Assembly (NCBI GenBank): GCA_964513625.1
Contig: CAZENH010000001.1
Coordinates: forward strand, 241,642 to 305,641
Direction of reading: 5' to 3'
From: an uncultured Myxococcales bacterium
GTDB taxonomy: Bacteria > Myxococcota > B64-G9
DNA: 64,000 bases
A program made the translations under genes and the position numbers. The notes below the pieces were generated by a model. That model did not search any database. It was not told where the DNA came from and saw only the letters and a program-made list of their open reading frames with translations. This document shows, piece by piece, positions 56,531 to 64,000 of this stretch (the stretch's first letter is position 1; each line of letters starts with the position of its first letter).

Positions 56531-57133
56531 GTGATAGAGCAGTTTGCAAGTGATTTCCTAGCTCGGATAAGCAATGCGCTGGCCGAGGTTCAACTAGCTG
56601 ATATCAACGACATCGTTCAGACGATTATTCGGGCTTTTCGGGACGGAAACGCGGTTTATATCATGGGTAACGGCGGGAGTTCCGCGACCGCGTCTCACCT
56701 GGCCTGCGATCTTTGCTATGCCGAATGCAGGACAAACAGTTTTAGCGTGGCATGCCTGAGCGACAATGTGCCACTGCTCACGGCCCTAGGAAACGATCTT
56801 GGATATTACGATGTATTCAGTGGCCAACTAGATCGACTGCTCGGTGCCGGTGATGTCGTGATCGTTCTTTCTGTTTCGGGAGATTCGGAGAATATTCTGA
56901 GAGCGGCGACAACCGCGCGCAAACACGGCGCAGCGTCTATCGGCTTTCTGGGGTCGAACGGCGGGAGGGCACGAGCATTGCTCGACCACAGCATAGTGCT
57001 GACAAGTGCAGATTTCCCGGTTGTGGAAAGTGTGCACTGTGTGCTGATGCAAATGGTGGCAAACGTGTTCCGACGTTGCATCGTGGATAGGCCCGATTAT
57101 TTTCCCGGCGGCGATCTCGATGCTCAAAATTGA
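56531..57133 (+). CDS. gmhA: SIS-domain sedoheptulose-7-phosphate isomerase-like (GmhA-like)
   Basis: VYIMGNGGSSATASHLACDL and GDVVIVLSVSGDSENILRAA are SIS signatures. I chose GTG 56531 (SD 9 nt upstream) over the track's 56486 start, which would run through the promoter. Confidence 0.7.
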   Translation: MIEQFASDFLARISNALAEVQLADINDIVQTIIRAFRDGNAVYIMGNGGSSATASHLACDLCYAECRTNSFSVACLSDNVPLLTALGNDLGYYDVFSGQLDRLLGAGDVVIVLSVSGDSENILRAATTARKHGAASIGFLGSNGGRARALLDHSIVLTSADFPVVESVHCVLMQMVANVFRRCIVDRPDYFPGGDLDAQN

Positions 57134-57149
57134 TTCCGCGAGGTGATAC

Positions 57150-58820
57150 GTGCCGGTGGTCCTGGGACTCCACGCTTTCGGTCATGAGGCCGGAGCTTGC
57201 CTGGTGGCGCCCGATGGACTCCGGGCGCTAAGCGAGGAACGCCTGAGCCGCGTCAAGTATGACGGTGCATTTCCGAAAAAAGCCATTGAATGGGTGCTTG
57301 AGGCGTCTGGAGTAGGCGATCTCGAAAAAGTAGACCTAGTAGTCTATGATTTGCTCGAGCGAGCAGGTCCCAGGGTTATAGAGAATTTGAGGCAACTGGG
57401 ATACCTGGGAGAGATAAGGGCTCTTCGACACCACGAGGCTCACGCCGCCTCTGCTTTTTTTGTAAGCCCGTTTGAAGAAGCCACGGTGTTTACTATTGAT
57501 GCCGGCGGAACTCGCGAGGGCGAGGAGGGGCCCGGAGTTCAACCTTCAGCCCGACAACTGGATCACCCGATGCGACGCGAGGTTCAGGCCGTCTTCTACG
57601 GTCAGGGGCACGATATACGGACGCTAAGACGAACTGTCGTGGCTCCTCCGTGGACAATAAACCCCGGCGTTTTCTATGGACTTGCCTCTGAGTTTCTGGG
57701 TTTCGGTCAGATGGGAGCTGGAAAAGTCATGGGCTTATCCGCCTTCGGCGGAAAGGACGTTCATTTCAGAAAACCGTTTTTCGAAGATATCGCTGAAGAT
57801 CCTCTGGCACGCTGTCCCACGAAAGACCCTCTCCAGGAGTCCGTACTGCATTCATATCTTCCCACTGTTTTCGGCGGAACACCGCCGAGGAAAAGGCACG
57901 AACAAATCGACGCCCGGTACCGGGACATCGCAGCTTACGTTCAGGCCGAATGTCAGCGGGCAGTTGTTTCTTTTCTTCGAAATCTGGCATCTTCTGCGCC
58001 TTCTACAAATCTTTGCATGGCCGGAGGATTCGCACTTAATGCCATCAGCAATACAGCGATTCTCGGACAAACGCCGTTTAAGAGTCTTTTCGTCCAACCG
58101 GCGGCAACCGACGCCGGGATCCCACTCGGCTGTGCCCTGTGGGGTTACCATGTCGTTCTGGGACAGGAACGCCGATTCGAAATGCGTACCGCCGATCTTG
58201 GGGGCGCATATACGATCCACGAGATCCAGAGAGCCATCGGCGAGCGTTCTGGAATAATCGTCAGGCGCATCGATGCCATTGAGCACAAGGCGGCCGAGGA
58301 ACTGGCTGCAGGAAAAATCATCGGCTGGTTGCAGGGGCGCAGCGAGTTTGGACCCAGAGCGCTCGGCCACCGCAGCATTTTCGCCGATCCGCGCAATGTT
58401 CGATCAGTGTCCAGGCTCAATGAAGAGATAAAATTCCGGGAATCGTTCCGGCCCTACGCACCGATGGTATTGGAGGAGGCGGCAAAGAAATACTTTGATC
58501 TTCCGGAAAGCAGTCCATTTATGTTGCTGATTGCCCCGGTTAGGCAGGAGTGGCGCTCGAAGCTTCCCGCTGTCACCCATGTGGACGGGACGGCCCGGAT
58601 TCAAACAGTCTCCGAGGGAGACGAACCCGGGCTGTTCAGATTGCTGAAAGAGTTCGAACGACAATCCGGATGCCCCGTGCTGCTGAATACGAGTTTCAAC
58701 CGGGCAGGGGAACCCATCATCGAGAGCCCAACCGATGCCTTGGACGTTTTCCTGGCAACGGATTTGGAAGCGTTGGTTATGGAGGACTTTTGGATAGAAA
58801 AAGAGCACGTATACGAATAG
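57150..58820 (+). CDS. NodU/CmcH-family O-carbamoyltransferase
   Basis: N-terminal VVLGLHAFGHEAGACLVAPDG (ASKHA/Carbam_trans_N-like). C-terminal domain with PVLLNTSFNRAGEPI. ~556 aa. GAGGTGA SD. Confidence 0.8.
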   Translation: MPVVLGLHAFGHEAGACLVAPDGLRALSEERLSRVKYDGAFPKKAIEWVLEASGVGDLEKVDLVVYDLLERAGPRVIENLRQLGYLGEIRALRHHEAHAASAFFVSPFEEATVFTIDAGGTREGEEGPGVQPSARQLDHPMRREVQAVFYGQGHDIRTLRRTVVAPPWTINPGVFYGLASEFLGFGQMGAGKVMGLSAFGGKDVHFRKPFFEDIAEDPLARCPTKDPLQESVLHSYLPTVFGGTPPRKRHEQIDARYRDIAAYVQAECQRAVVSFLRNLASSAPSTNLCMAGGFALNAISNTAILGQTPFKSLFVQPAATDAGIPLGCALWGYHVVLGQERRFEMRTADLGGAYTIHEIQRAIGERSGIIVRRIDAIEHKAAEELAAGKIIGWLQGRSEFGPRALGHRSIFADPRNVRSVSRLNEEIKFRESFRPYAPMVLEEAAKKYFDLPESSPFMLLIAPVRQEWRSKLPAVTHVDGTARIQTVSEGDEPGLFRLLKEFERQSGCPVLLNTSFNRAGEPIIESPTDALDVFLATDLEALVMEDFWIEKEHVYE

Positions 58821-58827
58821 AATTGCG

Positions 58828-59958
58828 TTGTTTGGCTATTGGGAGAGTTGCAGCATGCGTGTTCTGTTAGTCGGAGGCATACCCATGCGGCTCCATCGGG
58901 GGCCGGTAGACTGGGCTGGACACCACTTCGAGGCTATCAGGCACGTTTTTGATCGCATCGTAGTTATGGAGCACATGGAAGCATGCGAAAGGGTCACGCT
59001 GGATCAGAAGGCTCTGAGTGACTTTGTCGAATCCACTCGCGACTACGATGCCGTATTTTGCGAGACGCCAGAAGCCTTACTGCTATTTCAGGAATGGAAG
59101 AAACGGGGTGATTCTCCCATTGCACTGCTCGCCCTGGAGGTACACGGGCTTACACGGGTGGCGGCAATGCGCGAGTGGTATCTCGAACACGAAGGCCATG
59201 ACCCCTGGCCGGGGATGGCTCGAGCTCCCTGGATCGCCTGGATAGCGGCCAGTTCGGTCCAGGGCGATATCCTGCTTAAAGCCGGAGTACCCCCTGAGAG
59301 CATCAGGCGTATCAATGCGGGCACTATTGCATATTCCACCTTCTTGCCGAATGCAGATGCCTTACTCGACGGTGGCACACAAGTGGACGGAGAAGCTGCG
59401 TTCGGATTACCGGCTGATGGGGTTGTCGTGCCTGGATCGGGTCGGCGTGACCGGGAGTGTAGCCTCAAGGCTGCCAGGGCGTTGCCCGGTCTTCCCTTCG
59501 CGATCGTTGACGAACAGGCAGCCGGTCAACGCCGGCGTCTGGCCGGGACCGGGCTGCTTGAACTTCCCAACGTGCGCTGGCTGAAGGCACTTGCGCTGGA
59601 GAGATATATCGCTCTGATCAAGCGTGCCAGACTGGTGGTCGTGGCTCTACAACCCGGCACCGGTGACGGCGGGCACACGACCGTCGCGTTGGCCCACAGG
59701 CTGGGAGCGACTGTTATTTGCAGCGATGTGCCGGGAATCGCAGATTATGTTGAAGATGGATACAACGCAAGGCTCGTGAAGGCTGCAGATCCCGACAGTT
59801 TGGCCGAAGCGATAAGTAATTTATGGAAGGATAGCGATGAGCGCAACCGCCTCGCACAAAACGGACGCCTTACCGAGGTTGCGCGCGCCCGGGAGTGCCA
59901 GCACGAATTCTTGCAAACACTGGAATCAGTGGCGGCGGTTCTAAGAAAGGAATTTTAG
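58828..59958 (+). CDS. GT4-like glycosyltransferase (low similarity). Probable start at MRVLLVGG, 58855.
   Basis: GT-B-like C-terminal half (...GATVICSDVPGIADYVEDGYNARLV...ERNRLAQNGR...). Confidence 0.45.
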   Translation: MFGYWESCSMRVLLVGGIPMRLHRGPVDWAGHHFEAIRHVFDRIVVMEHMEACERVTLDQKALSDFVESTRDYDAVFCETPEALLLFQEWKKRGDSPIALLALEVHGLTRVAAMREWYLEHEGHDPWPGMARAPWIAWIAASSVQGDILLKAGVPPESIRRINAGTIAYSTFLPNADALLDGGTQVDGEAAFGLPADGVVVPGSGRRDRECSLKAARALPGLPFAIVDEQAAGQRRRLAGTGLLELPNVRWLKALALERYIALIKRARLVVVALQPGTGDGGHTTVALAHRLGATVICSDVPGIADYVEDGYNARLVKAADPDSLAEAISNLWKDSDERNRLAQNGRLTEVARARECQHEFLQTLESVAAVLRKEF

Positions 59959-61385
59959 TTGTGGAGCTACTTGTTCTCACGCCCCCCGATTTTATTTTCA
60001 GAAAAGCAGACGAGGTTACGCCCACTTATAGTGAAGAACGCAACATTCCCTACGGTGCACTGACTTTAGTGAGCTTTCTAAGAGAGCATGGAATTCGGGC
60101 CATGGTGGCTCCCCTGCGGGAGTTCTATCAGGAGACTGGTTGTTTCACGCATTTTGATGAAGGTACGCCTGAATCGAGGAAAGTCTTCGAGCAAAAGACT
60201 TCGCAGATCCTGGGCAACTTGCTGCGTCGCTTGCATCCTGGGGCAATAGGTTTGTCGGTAAACTTTGCCATTCACCAATTGGCTGCGGAAATCATTATCG
60301 ATCAGATCCGTGCACTGGCTCCAAATCTACCGGTGATCATCGGTGGAAATCATGCAACCCACACAGCAGAACACTGGCTGACACGTGAGAACCCGGTGGA
60401 TTTTGTTGTCCTCGGTGAAGGTGAGCAGACTTGTCTGAAACTGCTTCAGTCGGAATTCAAGCCGGGCGATCTTTCCGGATTAGCCAGGCGACGTGATGAT
60501 GGAAGCGTAGAAATAGGTGAACGACCGAAACGCCTCACTGTGGCGCAAATCTCGGTGCCGCTGAACCTTGAACTCGTCGCTTTACCGCGCTGGGCTCCTC
60601 TGAGCAGTCAGAAACACTGGGTTGGACTTAGTCGGGGATGTAACTGGAACTGTGCCTTTTGCACTAGTCATTCGATGTGGGGCCGGCAGCGTTACCGAAA
60701 ACCGGAAGCTGTTGCCTCCGAGATCGATCGCGTCGTTACAGCGGGTGCAAAACGAATCATTTTCAGCGACGACATGCTCAACCCGGGTTCACGCAGGTTC
60801 CAGGGTCTGCTTGAGGTGCTGCAGGGTTTTCGCGATTGCAGCTTCTCCACCATGATCCGCATGGACCTGTTGGAACGCACAGACCTCAAGGCGCTTGCTG
60901 GAGCCAATATTGATTACGTATACCTCGGTGTGGAGAGTTTCTCCGTGCCGGTACTTGAAGCGATGAACAAGAAGGCCCGCCTTGTCGATAAGAGTGCCGT
61001 CGAATCACTGATGAAGAGAATCAAGGCTGCTGGCATGAAGACAATCATGTTCATGTTGATCGGCCACCCGGGCAGCAACTTCGAGCAGGACATGAACTCA
61101 GCCCGCTTTTGCCGCAAGCTGGTCGACCTGGGCTTGGTATCCGTGGTGTTTCCTGCCCACATCGCTCCTTTTCCGGGCACGGCGATAGCGGCCATGGAGC
61201 AGAAAGGAGCCTTCAGAGTAGTCGAAACACGGATGAATCGCTGGACTCTCTGGCGTCCGAATATCGAGCTTCTGGATTCGTCCGGTCGAGTGAATTATTC
61301 GGCCGAGGAAATGCAGACAGTCTTCGATGAGTATCTCGATTGCTGGTACGAACATGGGCTCGGAAATTCCGGTGTAACAGGGTAG
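59895..61385 (+). CDS. B12-binding radical SAM protein, paralog of 54965..56419
   Basis: LVLTPPDF...ERNIPYGALTL...MVAPLREFYQ. SRGCNWNCAFCTS. The likely real start is GTG 59961, just after the upstream TAG. Confidence 0.8.
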   Translation: MPARILANTGISGGGSKKGILVVELLVLTPPDFIFRKADEVTPTYSEERNIPYGALTLVSFLREHGIRAMVAPLREFYQETGCFTHFDEGTPESRKVFEQKTSQILGNLLRRLHPGAIGLSVNFAIHQLAAEIIIDQIRALAPNLPVIIGGNHATHTAEHWLTRENPVDFVVLGEGEQTCLKLLQSEFKPGDLSGLARRRDDGSVEIGERPKRLTVAQISVPLNLELVALPRWAPLSSQKHWVGLSRGCNWNCAFCTSHSMWGRQRYRKPEAVASEIDRVVTAGAKRIIFSDDMLNPGSRRFQGLLEVLQGFRDCSFSTMIRMDLLERTDLKALAGANIDYVYLGVESFSVPVLEAMNKKARLVDKSAVESLMKRIKAAGMKTIMFMLIGHPGSNFEQDMNSARFCRKLVDLGLVSVVFPAHIAPFPGTAIAAMEQKGAFRVVETRMNRWTLWRPNIELLDSSGRVNYSAEEMQTVFDEYLDCWYEHGLGNSGVTG

Positions 61386-61405
61386 CCTGAACTCAAGTCT
61401 AATCA

Positions 61406-62716
61406 ATGATTGCTAGAAGCCAACTGCAAAACGATTTGGAACCTATTCTACTGGAGTCGGGCCTGCCCCCGGCGGGAGTCGAAATCCTGATCAATTTGGC
61501 CCTTGGCTCGGCCCGCATGGAAGATCTCAAAAACAATGCCAAGTTGCTGCCGTCGGAAGATCTGGGTGAATACGTTTCGATGCTGGAAAAAAGAAAATTG
61601 ATCAGTTCAAGCGTGGACGACGATGGACGGTTTAAGCTGGTCGAATCAGAAGAGCTGTTCGCAAGACTGCCGGGTCCGGCCGGGGCTCGACTTGTGTTGT
61701 TGGCCACCCAGGCACAGCGAGAGTTCGTTGGAGGCATGACGATCAACCCGGCCATGCCGATAGGTGACACACGACTCTTGAGTCCTTTCGAAGCATACAG
61801 AAATACACTTGATGCTCGCCTGCCGCAGGTGGAAATCAAGGTACAGACTTCGTGCAATATCGGCTGCCTCTATTGCTTCATCCGCAAAGATCCAAGAGAT
61901 ACGCTCGACACGGTAGTGGCTCGGACCGGGATAGAACGCGCCAGAAGCGGAGGCGTCGAGCGTCTGATCCTGACAGGGGGCGAACCAACGTTGCGCAAGG
62001 ACTTGCCAGAACTAATACGGCATGCCCGCGAACGTGGTTTCGTAGATGTGCAGTTGTTTACAAATGGTCTGATTTTTGCGTACGCCGATCGGCTGGACGC
62101 CTGCATACGGGCCGGACTGACTTCAGTGGTTCTGCATGTATCTTCCGTCGACCGGAATATATATGCTCGTCTGACGGGCAGAGACCACCTGGAGACGGTC
62201 AAGCAAGCGATGCACAACCTGGCTCGCTACCCGCAACTCGAGATGGCGATAGTAACAGTCATTAACCGTCTCAACATACATAACTTGGCAGAGACCATCG
62301 ATTTCTTCCGGGACTGGCAGGAAAAAACCCACTTTGCATGGTTTGCCAATGAGATTCCATTTTGCTGCGTGTATTCCCGTGCCTGGGATAACAGGGACAA
62401 GGTTCTCATGCCGATAGAACAAGCATTGGGAGTCCTTGAAGCAATTGTTAGAGAGCACGACGGCGAGACATGGCCCTTGCTATTTTATGGAATTCCATAT
62501 TGTCTGTTGCCGGGGCTGGAGAGCAATAGTTATGATCTCTACTTCACCATGGCTCGTCAGTTACTACCCGAAAAAAACTTTGACTACACTTTTCTAGATG
62601 CCATGTTTCTCAAGTCTGATAAATGTCGAAGGTGCAGGCACGAACCGTATTGCCTGGGGATCTCGCGCGGTTACGCTCGTCTGTACGGCAGCGATATCTT
62701 ACAGCCCGTCATTTGA
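61406..62716 (+). CDS. radical SAM protein with a ~140-aa N-terminal non-catalytic domain and a C-terminal Cys-rich tail
   Basis: QTSCNIGCLYCFI. C-terminal CCVYSRAW...CLLPG...KCRRCRHEPYC. Confidence 0.7.
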   Translation: MIARSQLQNDLEPILLESGLPPAGVEILINLALGSARMEDLKNNAKLLPSEDLGEYVSMLEKRKLISSSVDDDGRFKLVESEELFARLPGPAGARLVLLATQAQREFVGGMTINPAMPIGDTRLLSPFEAYRNTLDARLPQVEIKVQTSCNIGCLYCFIRKDPRDTLDTVVARTGIERARSGGVERLILTGGEPTLRKDLPELIRHARERGFVDVQLFTNGLIFAYADRLDACIRAGLTSVVLHVSSVDRNIYARLTGRDHLETVKQAMHNLARYPQLEMAIVTVINRLNIHNLAETIDFFRDWQEKTHFAWFANEIPFCCVYSRAWDNRDKVLMPIEQALGVLEAIVREHDGETWPLLFYGIPYCLLPGLESNSYDLYFTMARQLLPEKNFDYTFLDAMFLKSDKCRRCRHEPYCLGISRGYARLYGSDILQPVI

Positions 62717-64000
62717 GCGTGAATCAGGTTCGCCTGCACAGAGCCAGCGGGCGGCACTGAGCATGTCTGTAAAGCTCCATACCGGCCGGGACGGAAAGCG
62801 CTCGTCGCGGCAGCCCGCGCCGGTCTCCAGGCCGATCGCGGCCAGCCCTGCGTTGTGGGCCAGTTGCATATCCACCGAACGATCTCCGATGACAACCGTC
62901 CTCCAGGCCGGCACTCCCAGGTCGGCCAGGGCCGAGCGCGCCATCCCGACCGCCGGCTTTCGGCACTTGCACGGACCACGCAGGTCGGAATCACCTTCCG
63001 GATGATCTGTCTCCGGGTGGTGCGGGCAGAAATAAATCCTGTCGAGATGCGCGTCTTCGAGCGCAAGCAATTCATCCAGACGCTCGTGGATCAAGCCCAA
63101 CTCGTGCAAAGAACACAATCCCCTGGCCACTACGGGCTGATTCGTAGTCAAGGCGACCTTGATACCCGCTTGGTTCAGCAGACGAAGACCCTTCGCGGCC
63201 CCGGGAAGCAGGCTCAACTTGTCGACTTCGTGCAGCAGGCCTACGTCCTCGATCAGCGTACCGTCACGATCCAACAGCACCATCTCTGCCCTGAGCTTTG
63301 TCTTTCCGCTCGCAACGTCATGAACAATTGAGTTTAACCGTGCGGGTGTGCCTATGTCCCGGACGTATTCAGATGACCTATAGCCGAAGATCGGTTCGCG
63401 CGCTTCGATCATGGCGGGCAGTATCTCGCCAAATAAATCACTTGGACGCCCGCGCGGAACACGTCGCAGAATATCTTTGTGAAACACCGCTACGGCCGAG
63501 TTGGTCAGCGTACTGTCCGTTACTACTTCGCCCTTGTGCCCGCCATTTCTGCCGATCCAGCCGATGACTCGGTTTCCATCGTCCAAGGACAGCCGATCGC
63601 TGTCCTGCGGGTGGCTGGAGCGATGCACCAGCAAGGTGGCCAGGCCCAGGTTGGCCTCGGCCGCCTGTGAGAGGCGCTTCCAGTCGAGACAGGTAAAGAT
63701 ATCTCCGAATACCAACATGAATCGTTCAGCTAACCTGTCGGCGACACCTTGCAAAGCCCCGGCGGTACCACGCGGCTGAGGCTCGATAATTGTCTCGACA
63801 TCCATGCCGGGAGGGGCGAGATGGCGTGCCTCGGCGGACACCTGCTCGCCCCCCAGGCCGGCAAGCAGCAAAGCCTGCTTGGCGCCCGCCGTGTGCAACT
63901 CGTTCAGCAGATGCGCAAGCAAGGGCCGTCCATCAATGGGTGTCAGCACCTTGGGCAGATCGCCTGTTTTAGGCTTAAGGCGCAGCCCTGGTCCACCGCA
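62699..64000 (-). CDS. bifunctional sugar-1-phosphate nucleotidyltransferase (HddC-like) and HAD-IIIA heptose bisphosphate phosphatase (GmhB-like). The N-terminus lies beyond the window end.
   Basis: The frame continues upstream of the track's GTG start as CGGPGLRLKPKTGDLPKVLTPIDGRPLL (G-x-G-x-R-L-x-P-x-T nucleotidyltransferase motif). C-terminal half has VLLDRDGTLIEDV and FCPHHPE (GmhB/HisB-N HAD motifs). Confidence 0.7.
   Translation of the reverse strand, partial: CGGPGLRLKPKTGDLPKVLTPIDGRPLLAHLLNELHTAGAKQALLLAGLGGEQVSAEARHLAPPGMDVETIIEPQPRGTAGALQGVADRLAERFMLVFGDIFTCLDWKRLSQAAEANLGLATLLVHRSSHPQDSDRLSLDDGNRVIGWIGRNGGHKGEVVTDSTLTNSAVAVFHKDILRRVPRGRPSDLFGEILPAMIEAREPIFGYRSSEYVRDIGTPARLNSIVHDVASGKTKLRAEMVLLDRDGTLIEDVGLLHEVDKLSLLPGAAKGLRLLNQAGIKVALTTNQPVVARGLCSLHELGLIHERLDELLALEDAHLDRIYFCPHHPETDHPEGDSDLRGPCKCRKPAVGMARSALADLGVPAWRTVVIGDRSVDMQLAHNAGLAAIGLETGAGCRDERFPSRPVWSFTDMLSAARWLCAGEPDSRSNDGL

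Overview
This is a high-GC (~60%) bacterial window, most likely Myxococcota. The evidence is a MYXO-CTERM-like Gly-Cys tail, Myxococcus-type cysteine-rich repeats, a 'putative metal-binding motif' Asp/Cys repeat protein, and a GAF-containing sigma-54 activator. I found no rRNA, tRNA, CRISPR array or IS/transposon. The first ~23 kb looks ordinary for this lineage. It carries a truncated DUF2891-like gene at the window edge, three consecutive giant secreted proteins (one with a ~230-nt in-frame repeat array), a TPR lipoprotein with a TonB-C-like domain, the sigma-54 activator, a second giant repeat protein, an MBL-fold hydrolase, a PilZ protein, an M20 peptidase, an RsmI-like methylase and a GT-C-like membrane protein. 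From ~23.9 kb to the end the content changes sharply. In ~39 kb I count 15 radical SAM (rSAM) proteins carrying 16 CxxxCxxC domains, eight of them B12-binding (class B) rSAMs. Among them sit two polyprenyl-phosphate-type GT2s, two GT4-like glycosyltransferases, two sugar nucleotidyltransferases, two extended-SDR dehydratase/epimerase genes, a GmhA-like isomerase, a GmhB-HddC-like fusion that runs off the window, a NodU/CmcH carbamoyltransferase and two SAM methyltransferase domains. At the centre (33.4-39.3 kb) is what looks like a His-Xaa-Ser (Hxs)-type peptide maturation system. It has two tandem paralogous small proteins, two SPASM-type rSAM maturases, and a 132-aa precursor with a twin-arginine-like signal followed by (Ser-His-Gly)x17 encoded by a perfect 9/18-nt DNA repeat. 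An rSAM-methyltransferase fusion gene converges on it, with a secreted Cys-rich protein just beyond. Several intergenic gaps carry TTGACA-17/18-TAnnnT sigma-70-like promoter candidates. Everything here rests on motif recognition by eye; no database search was run.
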